DNA of 40,000 nt, taken from Streptococcus thalassemiae. GTDB lineage: Bacteria; Bacillota; Bacilli; Lactobacillales; Streptococcaceae. Made by a program: the position numbers and the translations under genes. Within the stretch, counting starts at the first letter, position 1. Each line of letters begins with the position of its first letter. The stretch spans positions 1 to 40,000 of the forward strand of contig NZ_CAHJXN010000001.1 of assembly GCF_903645285.1 (NCBI RefSeq), written 5' to 3'. Below are positions 15,557 through 25,888 of the stretch, piece by piece. The notes below the pieces were generated by a model. It did no database searches, had not been told where the DNA came from, and worked only from the letters and a program-made list of their open reading frames with translations.

Positions 15557-15943
15557 TTACCTCTTGCTTTTATAAAATGATGTCGAACCCGACACAGAAA
15601 GAAAATTATATTTATCGCCGGGATTTGCGAAATAAATTATAATTCGCCCCTCTGTTTGATTGAATTGCCCAGTACGGGCTTCTATATTCACGGATACATT
15701 CTTAAATCTACGCCCATTTCTTTCTACAACAATCGCTGAGCGGTATGCTTCGTATTCTGCTAATCTATAGATTCCATTTAAGTTTTCTAGGCTATACTCA
15801 ACACTATTGGCATTTGATGACGTAAAACGATAGGAAAGCGATCCAATAAATATAAGTTTATTCTTCTCCCACACCAACCTATTACCAACGTATCTTTGGA
15901 CAATTTCATGTCCTCTAACATAAATTCCTTCTCTTGTAGCCAT
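15557..15943 (-). CDS. Hypothetical tail-cluster protein (128 aa)
   Basis: Track ORF, tightly packed between fibre genes. Confidence 0.5.
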   Translation of the reverse strand: MATREGIYVRGHEIVQRYVGNRLVWEKNKLIFIGSLSYRFTSSNANSVEYSLENLNGIYRLAEYEAYRSAIVVERNGRRFKNVSVNIEARTGQFNQTEGRIIIYFANPGDKYNFLSVSGSTSFYKSKR

Positions 15944-15951
15944 AGTATCAC

Positions 15952-16440
15952 CTACTCATATACATCATAGATTGTGTTGGGATCTTTCGTGCTAATTGAA
16001 TTATATTGATATTTAGATCCATACCAATACTTCATTTGCTGGTTTCCGTTCTGGTTAATCAGCTTATTAGCGACTATTTCGGACGGTGTACTTGGAATCC
16101 CAAGCGCTGACCTGTTTACTCGCAAAACACCCGAATTATCGACTGTAATCGTTGAGTTGTCAGGTCGCACCACACCAGCCTGCCCACTAGTTGCAGTCTT
16201 TGCTTTCAGCACACCATTTGAAACCTCTGTCGTCTGATTATCCGGTCTGACGATACCGTTTGAGTTTGATGTTGCTACTGATATAGCCGATTGTGGTGTT
16301 GTAAATGTTCGTTTCAAAGTGGATACAGGTACTTTTTTCAATCCTGCTCCACTATGAACTAGCACCACATCTCCGTCTGATACGTTGGATAACGTTGGCA
16401 AATCAGTAGCTTTTCTAACTTGGTTACTCATAATTACCAT
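15952..16440 (-). CDS. Tail fibre protein with an internal repeat
   Basis: Repeated G(I/V)VRPDNxTxxVxNGVL motif: NGIVRPDNQTTEVSNGVL and AGVVRPDNSTITVDNSGVL. Confidence 0.6.
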   Translation of the reverse strand: MVIMSNQVRKATDLPTLSNVSDGDVVLVHSGAGLKKVPVSTLKRTFTTPQSAISVATSNSNGIVRPDNQTTEVSNGVLKAKTATSGQAGVVRPDNSTITVDNSGVLRVNRSALGIPSTPSEIVANKLINQNGNQQMKYWYGSKYQYNSISTKDPNTIYDVYE

Positions 16441-16444
16441 TCAT

Positions 16445-16894
16445 CTATTCCTCCCTTTCTACTATTTGGTATTTCCAATCAGCTACGACTAGATTATTGT
16501 TTTCGTCCCCTAGCAATACATCATCATTATCTTCAGCCTTGATTGGTATATAGAACGCATTCTGTAGTACCATTTCTTCTAGCAATGACAATCGTTGTTC
16601 TTGCTCGGCGACTTCTCTTTTTGTAGCTTCATGGTCTGTATAACTGGCTTGCCTTACGTTGTCCACGTTACCTAGACCCACTTGTTGTTTAGTGACACCG
16701 TGTGGGTTGTTTCGGTTGTTGATGTGACCAGTTAAGTCAACCTTCTCAGCCTTACTTCTAGTGAACTCGTCAATCTTTTCAGACAGACCGTCGATGTCTC
16801 CAACCTTGTGCCTGTGATTTAAGTCGGCTTTGTTTTCCCATCGTTGCGCATCTTCAGCGCCAATGATGTCTCTTGACCGCCAAATTTTAGCCAT
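16445..16894 (-). CDS. Tail fibre protein
   Basis: Classic fibre motif NPHGVTKQQVGLGNVDN. Confidence 0.65.
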   Translation of the reverse strand: MAKIWRSRDIIGAEDAQRWENKADLNHRHKVGDIDGLSEKIDEFTRSKAEKVDLTGHINNRNNPHGVTKQQVGLGNVDNVRQASYTDHEATKREVAEQEQRLSLLEEMVLQNAFYIPIKAEDNDDVLLGDENNNLVVADWKYQIVEREE

Positions 16895-17162
16895 CTGTTA
16901 GCACCTCCAGTCTATATTTGAATCGTGTCGTTGTTTCAATCGGAACGTACACATCAATGACAGACTGAGGTACGTTTGAACTGTCTAGCAACTCAATCTT
17001 GTTAATTTCTCTGATTGAGTCTGGTACCAAGAAATCAATCAAAACAAAACGCTGCTCTCGTTGTTTCTGTATCGTCACAATTTGATTATCGTTCAACCTT
17101 GCTTTGTTGATTTTAGCTAGTACGGTTTCTGTAACTGTATTTAGTAACGTTTCTTTAATCAT
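16887..17162 (-). CDS. Hypothetical baseplate or fibre-associated protein (91 aa)
   Basis: Start moved to ATG 17162 (AGGAGG RBS). Confidence 0.5.
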   Translation of the reverse strand: MIKETLLNTVTETVLAKINKARLNDNQIVTIQKQREQRFVLIDFLVPDSIREINKIELLDSSNVPQSVIDVYVPIETTTRFKYRLEVLTDG

Positions 17163-17748
17163 TGAATAAAACCTCCTCTTGCGGTCCTTCGTATTCAAAA
17201 GGTGTCACACCTACAACTGCATAACCTGCTCTAGCGAAATCTACCGAAGTCTTGAACAACCGTTCTTTCAGCTTGACTCTTTCTGTTACTGTCGGGATAT
17301 GAGTATACCCCATATTTGCTGGCTTGATTGCATTGACAAAGATAACTGACTCTCTAAAAAGTCCACTCGTTTCTGCTCCAGACTCAATCAGTAAAACCTG
17401 ATTAGCGAAATCTACTGAAGCCTTGTACTTTCCTTTCCCGAAAAGGTCGTCTAATTTGCGAATTAAAAACCACCATGAAAATGGTGGCCTCATATTGATC
17501 CGCAGTAAAACACGCTCTCTTCTCCACTCCAACGTATCGTCGGCGTGAGCAACAATACCGTAGACTTCTTCAAATTTCGTTAAGGTAGGGACATCACAGA
17601 GCATAATAAACTGGTTCTTGATGAACTGATCTAACGAGATAGTACCGTCTTTAAACAGAGCATTTTCAACCCGAATCAGTTCTTTCATATCCTTGACGCC
17701 CTCGTAGTAATCTGGAACGTATTCAGATAAGTTTACTTCTTTTACCAT
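17155..17748 (-). CDS. XkdU/DUF2313-like baseplate protein
   Basis: N-terminus YVPDYYEGVKDMKELIRVENALF, located directly after the Baseplate_J gene as in PBSX. Confidence 0.65.
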   Translation of the reverse strand: MVKEVNLSEYVPDYYEGVKDMKELIRVENALFKDGTISLDQFIKNQFIMLCDVPTLTKFEEVYGIVAHADDTLEWRRERVLLRINMRPPFSWWFLIRKLDDLFGKGKYKASVDFANQVLLIESGAETSGLFRESVIFVNAIKPANMGYTHIPTVTERVKLKERLFKTSVDFARAGYAVVGVTPFEYEGPQEEVLFND

Positions 17749-18875
17749 TAAACCGTCCTCACTGTTCCTTTATACGGCAATTGTTGTAATTGTCCTGTAA
17801 AAACAAGCGACAAATCAGCTTCACGGTTGTTCAATTTCATCTTATCTACGTTTGCGATACCTGTAATGGTCAGTAGCTTAGCCATTAACTGCGAGCGATA
17901 GATTTTCATGCTGTAGGTATTGACATCTGAGTATTGCGCCCAGTTCTTTCTCAAGTCCAAGAAATACTGGTCTAGAGCCTTGTCTACCAGTCCTTTTACT
18001 TGATTTAGCTGATATCCTGTCATCAACTCAAGTTTAAACTCAATATCAATCGGGAAGCGTGTCGCGGTCGTAACCGTCACACGATGATTGATAGGAGCAA
18101 GTCCAACTCCTTTTCCAGTATATTCTAGTGGATCCAGAACATTTTGCACCTTCTTAATTGTCTCGGTAGATGCCAAGTTTAAGTCGTTGTCTAAAACAAC
18201 CACTTTAACCGTTCCTGAGCCATTCCAAACTGGATAAACCTGAACTGCGCCAACACCATCAATTTCCCGGACACGCTGAACGTACTCAATGAAGTTACCG
18301 CCAAAAGGCTTCTCATTGACGTAAATCAAGAAACGCTTCCGCAATTCATCGTCAGTTTCTTCATCTTGCCCAGATGTAACAATTTCTCCTAAGACCGCAG
18401 TGGCAAGGCTTCTGTAGTTCTCCAAGGGTAAGATATTGCCGTAGTAGCGATTCCCAACAACACCAGTCGTCTCACACTCTACTTCATACTTACCTACTAC
18501 ATCTGTTGCACGAACAACCTTGTAGATGAGTGCAGCATCGTCAATTGTCGCAAAACGAGAACCCAAAGCGATTTGTACGCCTTCTTTTCTCTCATTTTTA
18601 AACTCCGCAAAGCGTACTGCTTTTTTTGACGGATAACGGTGGAGTCCGAACTCTTCAACCTTGTAGTCTAGGTATTGACCAATAGCGGTCTGTGGAAATG
18701 TATCTAGCAGTAGATTTTTCAACTGCAAATAAAAACCAGCTAACTCGTAACAAGCAGGCGCTAATGCGTCATAGATGATAGAACCTTCCCGTGTATCAAT
18801 ATTTTCATTGACACGAGAAAGAGCGTCATTCATCAGATAATCAAACGTGTATTTTTCTAAGAAATCACCTATCAT
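17748..18875 (-). CDS. Baseplate J-like protein (XkdT-like)
   Basis: 375 aa. N-terminus ...DTREGSIIYDALAPACYELAGFY typical of the Baseplate_J family. Confidence 0.8.
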   Translation of the reverse strand: MIGDFLEKYTFDYLMNDALSRVNENIDTREGSIIYDALAPACYELAGFYLQLKNLLLDTFPQTAIGQYLDYKVEEFGLHRYPSKKAVRFAEFKNERKEGVQIALGSRFATIDDAALIYKVVRATDVVGKYEVECETTGVVGNRYYGNILPLENYRSLATAVLGEIVTSGQDEETDDELRKRFLIYVNEKPFGGNFIEYVQRVREIDGVGAVQVYPVWNGSGTVKVVVLDNDLNLASTETIKKVQNVLDPLEYTGKGVGLAPINHRVTVTTATRFPIDIEFKLELMTGYQLNQVKGLVDKALDQYFLDLRKNWAQYSDVNTYSMKIYRSQLMAKLLTITGIANVDKMKLNNREADLSLVFTGQLQQLPYKGTVRTV

Positions 18876-19263
18876 TAATCAGCGTCACCTCCTTTTCAAC
18901 TTTAAATAAACCGGATATGGTATGGACTTCAAAGACACAAAGCAAGCTGTCCTTGGTTTGTTGCTCGATAAAGAAATTCTGAACACTTTTAATTCTTGTA
19001 TCAACTAACAAAGCTTGAGAAATTGTTCTCTCAAGGTCAGCTTTTACAAAATCATAAGGCTTTCCAATCAAGCGCTCCAATTCTACTCCGTAGTTCGAAG
19101 AGTAGATTACCCACTCAAACCGTTCTGTAAGCAGAATCTTTTCAACTGCTTGCCTCATGGCTTCTAAGCCGTCAATATATCCGTGTATTCTGCCATTTTT
19201 CACTTGATAAGTGTAGGATGGCAAAACAACTTCTTCAATGTTTCGTATATCTACCATCTTCAC
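18865..19263 (-). CDS. XkdS/DUF2634-like baseplate wedge protein (gp25-like)
   Basis: Size and synteny between the DUF2577-like and Baseplate_J genes. Confidence 0.6.
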   Translation of the reverse strand: MKMVDIRNIEEVVLPSYTYQVKNGRIHGYIDGLEAMRQAVEKILLTERFEWVIYSSNYGVELERLIGKPYDFVKADLERTISQALLVDTRIKSVQNFFIEQQTKDSLLCVFEVHTISGLFKVEKEVTLINDR

Positions 19264-19562
19264 TCCATCCTTTGTAAAACGTAGTATAATTGCCCGTTCT
19301 GGGCTTTAATCATTAAGACTTTGTCTCCTGCTTCAAGATCACGAAAAACAATCCACCTCTTATTGTCCCCTTCAGTATCTCCAGTACGTAGTTCTTTAAC
19401 CATCGGACTTAGAACTAAAAAGGACTCAGGGATTTCAAGTTTATTATTAACCTTGATTGTCAGAGGAGAAACAGATGTGACAGAACCAAAAACAATGTCT
19501 GTTCTGTCTGTTCCATCATCTACTCCTTGCGCCAAAAGTCGTGCTAATAACTCTCCTGCCAT
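19260..19562 (-). CDS. XkdR/DUF2577-like protein (baseplate spike or plug)
   Basis: 100 aa. The motif GSVTSVSPLTIKVNNKLEIP resembles DUF2577. Confidence 0.6.
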   Translation of the reverse strand: MAGELLARLLAQGVDDGTDRTDIVFGSVTSVSPLTIKVNNKLEIPESFLVLSPMVKELRTGDTEGDNKRWIVFRDLEAGDKVLMIKAQNGQLYYVLQRME

Positions 19563-20530
19563 TATTCCAGCGTCCTCAATTCTAAATCCATTGTATGCAC
19601 CTTATCCCACTTATGGGTACATTTAGAGATGATGCCAAGACTGTTCTTCTTAATCCCTTCGGACTCTAAATCAGCAAAATCCAGTACCACACTGTTGCCT
19701 GCACTGATTCCAAGATGTCCTAAACAAGGAACTTTAAAAGTCTTTTTAGGATGATTCTTAGCTTTCAATAAGAGTTCAGCCTTTTGTTGAATCTGACTCT
19801 CATTCATCTTTTCATCCACTTTTTCGTGGTACTGCAACTTACCCCAAAGAGCAACATTTTTAGAATCTTTCACGACGTAAACTTCACGCTTCTTACTCTC
19901 TTTGTTGTCTTTAGTCAATTTTACATAGTTGAAACTATCATCGATAGAGCCTTCATAGTCAAAGTCTGTAGCTACGCTATCATCCCCAATCACTAAATCA
20001 GTAATCAGCGAATTTAAGGCTATATGCTCGACTGTACCAAAGTTATCTCTGATGATGTACCACATGCCACCATGAATCAACGTTAAGTCCAAAGCGTTCT
20101 GGATCATCGCAAAATAAGTTTTTTTATCTTCGATTTTCTCAGGACACGTCCAGTTACCTTCATCAACAACTTTGTACTCAAGTTCTGAGATTTCGCAAAT
20201 CTTACTAAATATTTCATGACTTTTAGAGGCTTCAAACACGATTGTGTCAGTGTTTTTCAGGTACCTCATTCTGTCATAAGCAGTAACCGACCATTTCTTG
20301 GCTGATTTCCGCTTTTTCTTGAAAACTTTACCGTAAAAAATGCCCTTATCATCTACCTTAAAGCGAATGACATCCCCAAAGTTACAAGCAACCTGCGAGT
20401 CTATAATCATATCAAACTCAAGTTTTCCCGGCTGAAAATCAATGCTGGTTTCCCATTTGACACCTCCGACCAACTCAGTGATATCAAAGACTTTACCGTC
20501 ATTCACATCTTGAATCAGAAATTCCATCAT
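19562..20530 (-). CDS. XkdQ/late-control-D-like baseplate hub protein
   Basis: 322 aa. N-terminus EFLIQDVNDGKVFDITELVGGVKWETS. Synteny after the tape measure and XkdP-position genes. Confidence 0.65.
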   Translation of the reverse strand: MMEFLIQDVNDGKVFDITELVGGVKWETSIDFQPGKLEFDMIIDSQVACNFGDVIRFKVDDKGIFYGKVFKKKRKSAKKWSVTAYDRMRYLKNTDTIVFEASKSHEIFSKICEISELEYKVVDEGNWTCPEKIEDKKTYFAMIQNALDLTLIHGGMWYIIRDNFGTVEHIALNSLITDLVIGDDSVATDFDYEGSIDDSFNYVKLTKDNKESKKREVYVVKDSKNVALWGKLQYHEKVDEKMNESQIQQKAELLLKAKNHPKKTFKVPCLGHLGISAGNSVVLDFADLESEGIKKNSLGIISKCTHKWDKVHTMDLELRTLE

Positions 20531-21219
20531 AGGACTTGCACCGAATCAGCAGTAACCCAACCACGCCAACCGCCATCAAGCATAGTAACGTGATAAGGAT
20601 GCGACCCTTTCATATTGATATAATTGACAAGTCTAGTTGCGTTTGACTCAGTTTGACCAGGCCCTTCTCCGTAGCTATCTCTATGAAGTTGCCCATTAAC
20701 GAGCACCTTTGCACCGATAGTCACTTCTTTCTTAGTCGAAGGGGCTTGTTCTTTCTGAGGTTGACTAGCTTTCTTCTCCTCTGATACCTTCTTTTCGATT
20801 TTTACAAACCGAGCCTTGGCCATCTTGTACTCTTTGAAAGTGATGTCGTAGTAAACATCCTCATGAATACCAGCTTTTCTTTGTTGCTCAAAACTCTCAA
20901 CTGTCGCAAGTATATTGATACCCACGCCAGAGATAATCAAGCGACAAGGTTCTTTCCCATCCATGATTTTCTTTAAGAGTCGGACATAGGTTTCAGGCGT
21001 TCCTGATTTATTCAGGACATAAGAGCGGAAAGTGTCTCTAGGGAAGAATGAAGTGAAAGTAACCTCAGAGAGTTTAGGAAAACTCATCTGGGTTATTTCT
21101 CCTAGCGCAATACTCGTTGTTGACTCGTTATTTGCGCTATTCTTTGTTTTTAGCTCCTCTGGATTGACAGGAAGTTGTGTGACTTGACCTTTGTACTCTA
21201 CAAAAATACCAATCGCCAT
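20527..21219 (-). CDS. Tail protein in the XkdP position
   Basis: 230 aa immediately downstream of the tape measure gene. The C-terminal domain is not an obvious LysM. Confidence 0.5.
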   Translation of the reverse strand: MAIGIFVEYKGQVTQLPVNPEELKTKNSANNESTTSIALGEITQMSFPKLSEVTFTSFFPRDTFRSYVLNKSGTPETYVRLLKKIMDGKEPCRLIISGVGINILATVESFEQQRKAGIHEDVYYDITFKEYKMAKARFVKIEKKVSEEKKASQPQKEQAPSTKKEVTIGAKVLVNGQLHRDSYGEGPGQTESNATRLVNYINMKGSHPYHVTMLDGGWRGWVTADSVQVL

Positions 21220-21232
21220 TTCTTTCTACCTC

Positions 21233-23482
21233 CTACGCAATTCCTAGGTCGCTATCGACCAGTCCGATAATCTTTTCTTCAATCTTGCCAACTAGATCAT
21301 TGATATCTTGTTCAGTAGCGCTATTTTTAGACTCGTAATTGACACTAACTTGAGGTGTTAGAACTTGGTAATCAATGATGTACTTACGTTCTGCAACATC
21401 ACGCATCATCTTGATATCTTCGTCTTTCAGCTTGACTTCATCTTCAATCTTACCGACGTTACCAATGTTCTTGCCTTTACCTAACTTGTCTCCAAGTCCT
21501 TTGCCACCGCCACCTTCCGGAGCACCTGCTCCTGCAGGCGTTTGGTTCATTTGGTCAAATTTAGAAGCAAGTTCGTCTTGACCTTTCATCTTATCAGCGA
21601 AGCCTTGCATAGCATCACCAACACCTTGACCAAAAGCCTTAGTACCACTAAAAGCATTACCAGCAGTTGAGAAAGGATTTTTCATCCCATCCCACAAACC
21701 ACCTGGAGTCATCATGTTAGCACGCATGCCGTCAAAAGATTCATAATCATCAGGAGCCTCTCCTGGATTAAACATCTCTCCCATCGCACGAATACCATTG
21801 GCAAAACTACCGTCATTGGACATGTAGCCCATTTCGCCAACTTTTCCTAGATTCACTCCTGGTATTTTATTTAAAGCGTCAATGATCCAGTTGATAGCTT
21901 TAATAGCCATGTTTGCGCCAGCTATAAAAGCATTACCGATAGATTGCGCTACATTGACTACCCCATCAACAAACGAAGCAAAATAATCTAATACAGTTCG
22001 AATAAGATTATAAAATAACTTTCTGATGGAATAAATCGGGTGCTTAAAGACATTTCTCAAAAACTCTGCAATAGCTATACCAATGTTATAAATGGCTACG
22101 AAGAGATTCACAATCGGTGCAATCATATACATGACAAGATTGACAACAAACATAATAATGTCATAAACTACCGTTCCAACAAAGACAAAGGCTGCAACGA
22201 TAGCCGCTGCAACGTCTAAGAATGAAATCCCCATAGCATTTAGAACTGTAGCTATTAAGAGCGCAACAGCAATAATGCCAATCATAACTAAATAGACTAA
22301 CGCCCATGGAGCCTGTGCAATCATACCTGCTATAAATATAGCAATACCTACTATGGTAGCTACAGTTGCGACCATTATTAAAGCAGTGATTACAAAATCT
22401 ATGTTCTCAGTAACCCAGTTCCAACCTGCAACAAAGAGATTAAAGAGCCACAGAGCTATCTGGCCAATCGCAAACATAGCGGTTTCTAAACCTGCCATGA
22501 AGTTTTGTCCAGCGGTACTATTAATAAACTCTTGCCATGCTTGAATCAAAGGCTGAAATGCGTATGAAGCTACGTTGCCAATCTGAGTCATCATATCAGC
22601 AAAAGTCATCGGCATTTTCGCAAATTCAGCGTTTGTTTCAACTGCTGAACCAAGCAGAGCGTTCTTAAGAGTATCTCCGGTTAATTGTCCATCTTTAGCC
22701 ATTGCCCGTAGTTGCCCAACGCTAACGCCAAGGTGTCTAGCTAGTTTTTGGGCAACAAGCGGAGCATTCTCCATCATAGAATTAAACTCATCACCACGAA
22801 GAACTCCCGAAGCAAGCGCCTGTGTGATTTGAAGCGTTCCTGCTTTTTGTTGCTCTAAGCTTGCACCACCGATTTTATAAAGTTTATTCAACTGTTCAGC
22901 AAATGCAATAGCTTCATCATTGCTTTTAAAGGCTTCTCCAGCTTGTAAGCGTATTTTAGCCACTGAGTCTGCCATGATACCGAAGCCAGTCCTTGAGCGT
23001 TGTGCTGCTGCCATGATACTATCTTGTAGTTCTTGGCCTGTCTTAGATCCGTCTTCTATCGTCTTAAGCCTTGCCATGGTCTGGATATACTCATCGCCTG
23101 ACTTAATCAGACCACTCATTAAATTAGCCATTTGCCTCAAGGCTTGAATAGCAACCATGAAATTCAAAGCACGAGAAATAGAAGTCATTCGACCAAGCAT
23201 GGACGTAGCAACGCCAAGGCCACCAACAAGAGGGCCGGTTGAAGGAAGTTTAGGGGTGACAGGCGACGCCATTTTAGGCGCTACAGGGCTAGAAGCTTTA
23301 GGTGCAGTTAAATTCTTAGGCATATCTGCTTTGACTTTAATCGTTGCAGTTTGCGTCATCTTCTTGACGCGTCTATCCAACTCGCCGAACTTAGCAATAG
23401 TCCTGTTAATCGTACTGTTAATTCGGTTTAAAGGGCTTGAGAAATTATCTCTAAGCGCCAGTGTTTGCATTAATGTAGTCAT
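21233..23482 (-). CDS. Tail tape measure protein
   Basis: 749 aa. Helical N-terminus, central multi-TM hydrophobic block, Gly-rich C-terminus. Follows the chaperone frameshift pair. Confidence 0.9.
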   Translation of the reverse strand: MTTLMQTLALRDNFSSPLNRINSTINRTIAKFGELDRRVKKMTQTATIKVKADMPKNLTAPKASSPVAPKMASPVTPKLPSTGPLVGGLGVATSMLGRMTSISRALNFMVAIQALRQMANLMSGLIKSGDEYIQTMARLKTIEDGSKTGQELQDSIMAAAQRSRTGFGIMADSVAKIRLQAGEAFKSNDEAIAFAEQLNKLYKIGGASLEQQKAGTLQITQALASGVLRGDEFNSMMENAPLVAQKLARHLGVSVGQLRAMAKDGQLTGDTLKNALLGSAVETNAEFAKMPMTFADMMTQIGNVASYAFQPLIQAWQEFINSTAGQNFMAGLETAMFAIGQIALWLFNLFVAGWNWVTENIDFVITALIMVATVATIVGIAIFIAGMIAQAPWALVYLVMIGIIAVALLIATVLNAMGISFLDVAAAIVAAFVFVGTVVYDIIMFVVNLVMYMIAPIVNLFVAIYNIGIAIAEFLRNVFKHPIYSIRKLFYNLIRTVLDYFASFVDGVVNVAQSIGNAFIAGANMAIKAINWIIDALNKIPGVNLGKVGEMGYMSNDGSFANGIRAMGEMFNPGEAPDDYESFDGMRANMMTPGGLWDGMKNPFSTAGNAFSGTKAFGQGVGDAMQGFADKMKGQDELASKFDQMNQTPAGAGAPEGGGGKGLGDKLGKGKNIGNVGKIEDEVKLKDEDIKMMRDVAERKYIIDYQVLTPQVSVNYESKNSATEQDINDLVGKIEEKIIGLVDSDLGIA

Positions 23483-23485
23483 CTT

Positions 23486-24081
23486 CTACCGTCTCCTCCT
23501 TCCTCTGCTTTTCCTTTCCATTTCTTTGTGTTCCTTTTCTTCTGCCTCTACTCGGATATCGATAAAGGCAAAAACCAAGGCTTTCTCACGTTTAGATAAG
23601 CTATCCAAAAAGGACGGAGTCCAGTTAAATTGATGCAAACAGTAGTAAGCATAACTCAACTCTGCGTCCCCGTCCTCTAGTCGTTTTTTGCTTCTTCAAC
23701 AAGATCATTGATATCTTCATCAAATCCGTTAAGCGACTGGATTTCTTGCATTAAGGTAGCATATTCCCCAATCTTCAACATAGCTTTCAAGGTTGCTGCT
23801 TCATCCCCAACCGTACGATAAGATTCTTGTAGTTGAGCATCTTTTAAGTCTGGCGTAACAACGCAGGCAGACATTAAAGAGTCGATGTACTTATCGTTGT
23901 TGAACTCAGGGATAGCAACACCTTGACGGTTTTTCTTCTTGATTGTCGCACGTTTCTTCAACGTATCATTTAGGCTTTCGTCAATACTGCGAATGACAAA
24001 AGGAGATTTGAAACGTTTAAGGTGTACCTCTTTTGTTTCTTCCTGCTGAACGTTTTCTAGTAAAAAGTCTGAAATTGCCAT
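23486..24081 (-). CDS. Tail assembly chaperone, -1 frameshift-extended product
   Basis: The -1 frame is open from the slippery heptamer to a TAG at 23488-23486. It adds ...KKRLEDGDAELSYAYYCLHQFNWTPSFLDSLSKREKALVFAFIDIRVEAEEKEHKEMERKSRGRRRR. Confidence 0.6.
23677..24081 (-). CDS. Tail assembly chaperone (XkdN-like), frame-0 product
   Basis: 134 aa between the tube and tape measure genes. Carries a slippery site at its 3' end. Confidence 0.75.
   Translation of the reverse strand: MAISDFLLENVQQEETKEVHLKRFKSPFVIRSIDESLNDTLKKRATIKKKNRQGVAIPEFNNDKYIDSLMSACVVTPDLKDAQLQESYRTVGDEAATLKAMLKIGEYATLMQEIQSLNGFDEDINDLVEEAKND
23683..23689 (-). promoter_or_regulatory. Slippery heptamer A AAA AAC (programmed -1 frameshift site)
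   Basis: Frame 0 reads GCA AAA AAC GAC TAG, so the X XXY YYZ pattern sits 2 codons before the stop. Confidence 0.6.
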
Positions 24082-24096
24082 TTATCTACCCTCTTT

Positions 24097-24561
24097 CTAA
24101 CCTAATTTAGGCGCATTAAATTTTTCCAAGATATCCACATCTTCAAAAGTAAAGTTAACTTCTTCTTCCAAGAAATCTTCCTCAACTTTTAATTGACCCA
24201 TCACAACTTCATCAAGGTTACATTCACGCAAGATAGTTGTTTGACGACCGATTGAACTTGTCGCATCGTCGTTGGTCACTTGGATATCAAAGAATGTATC
24301 ACGACCATTCTTCATGTAGTCCAACATCATTTCCTTGAATGTTGAAGTGACACCGTAGATGGTCATCTTACCTTCACCCTTGAAACCAGTCGCTTTTACT
24401 TGCGTACCACGTTTGTTAAGGGTGCGGACTTCTTCTTTGTTTTTCTTAACTGTTGCTTCAAGTTCCTTGATATAGAACATGAACTCATTTTTTCCGTCGA
24501 TTTGAATAAAAGCGGTACCTTCCTGACCGCTAATTACGTCACGACCTTTTAAAAAAGCCAT
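24097..24561 (-). CDS. Tail tube protein (XkdM-like)
   Basis: 154 aa directly after the sheath gene. N-terminus MAFLKGRDVISGQEGTAFI. Confidence 0.8.
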   Translation of the reverse strand: MAFLKGRDVISGQEGTAFIQIDGKNEFMFYIKELEATVKKNKEEVRTLNKRGTQVKATGFKGEGKMTIYGVTSTFKEMMLDYMKNGRDTFFDIQVTNDDATSSIGRQTTILRECNLDEVVMGQLKVEEDFLEEEVNFTFEDVDILEKFNAPKLG

Positions 24562-24574
24562 ACTATCTCCTTTC

Positions 24575-25888
24575 CTACTCTACTGTAACTGTCATGTACA
24601 GTTTTTCCATACTGTCTACTGGTTTCACTTTAACGTTAACCACTACAGACTCTTTTAACTCACCACGTAGTACCTCGATGTCTTCAACTTTGAAGTCTTC
24701 GATAGCACCACGAGCCTCAAGGTCTTTGAAGTAGCGAATACGGTTCGCTTTGAACGCTTGACGTCCATCTTCGTTGTTGCTTACCTTTCCAAGGAAATAC
24801 TCAGAGAAAGCATAACGAGTATCGTTCACGATATCGTCCAAAGTACGCAAGATACGGTTCTTACGGAAGTCTTGGTTCTTCTCAATCGTGAAGCTGACGT
24901 GTGAGTTGATATCTTGTTCAACTACTGCACGACCACGACGAGCAGTAAAGACAAATTGCCCTTTCAAGAGCGCATCTTCTGTCTCTGTATGGCTCAAACG
25001 ACCCACAACATCAACAGAATCTTCGTACTTCTCATAAGTCAATGATTTCTCAACGCCAGCATTTGCGCTGGCTGCTGCAACCCAGACAGTCGCTTTAGTC
25101 TTATCAATAACTGTCTTATCAGACAAGATAACACCGTTTTTAACGTTGATTACCGCTTCGCTGTCAGCGTCAGAGTCTGCAACAACCAATTGAGCACCAA
25201 GTCCTTCGTCTTCACGCATACGTTTGATGAAGTTGATAGCCGCCTTTTTGATAGAAGCGTCTTCTACTGGCAAGGCCATATAGTTAAACTCAACTGTTTC
25301 AAGCGCCTTGAAGTATTCTGTGTAGTCTTGAGTTGATACTGTTCCATCAGTACCACCAGTCAATTTAGCACCAGCCACCGCTTGCAGTTCGCCAGTTCCT
25401 GAAAATTCAACGAGATCATTGTTTTTCAAATCAGCCAAGACTTTTACAGTTTGCGAGTCCATAACAACAGTATCAAGGAATGTGACAACATCAAATGAAC
25501 TTGGGTCGTCTACGTTTGTTTTGACCGTTACTGTAATGTCATTCCCACGGACACCGCTATATTTAGCTTGAGCCGTTACGTTGTCTGAAAGGCTTACGTT
25601 TGCCTTTTCGCCCGTATTCAGACGATAAAGCAAGACTTCACTCACACGTTTGAATGCTTCATTCAGCAACAAAAGCTGTGGGCTTTCTTGCTCATAACCT
25701 AGCTTCTTAAATAGGTCTTCACCACGTCGAATTTTCATCAATTTCTTTGATTGACCGAAGCTGAGTGCTAGCGGTACTGTTACGACACCATCACCACCAA
25801 GTCGAGTCATTGCAATGTCTTTTGATTTGACGTTGATGTAAGCACCTGGTCTTACTTTATTTTGGCGTTTCCAAATTCCACCTGCCAT
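24575..25888 (-). CDS. Contractile tail sheath protein
   Basis: 437 aa. N-terminus MAGGIWKRQNKVRPGAYINV. LTGGTDG motif. Followed by the tube gene. Confidence 0.9.
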   Translation of the reverse strand: MAGGIWKRQNKVRPGAYINVKSKDIAMTRLGGDGVVTVPLALSFGQSKKLMKIRRGEDLFKKLGYEQESPQLLLLNEAFKRVSEVLLYRLNTGEKANVSLSDNVTAQAKYSGVRGNDITVTVKTNVDDPSSFDVVTFLDTVVMDSQTVKVLADLKNNDLVEFSGTGELQAVAGAKLTGGTDGTVSTQDYTEYFKALETVEFNYMALPVEDASIKKAAINFIKRMREDEGLGAQLVVADSDADSEAVINVKNGVILSDKTVIDKTKATVWVAAASANAGVEKSLTYEKYEDSVDVVGRLSHTETEDALLKGQFVFTARRGRAVVEQDINSHVSFTIEKNQDFRKNRILRTLDDIVNDTRYAFSEYFLGKVSNNEDGRQAFKANRIRYFKDLEARGAIEDFKVEDIEVLRGELKESVVVNVKVKPVDSMEKLYMTVTVE

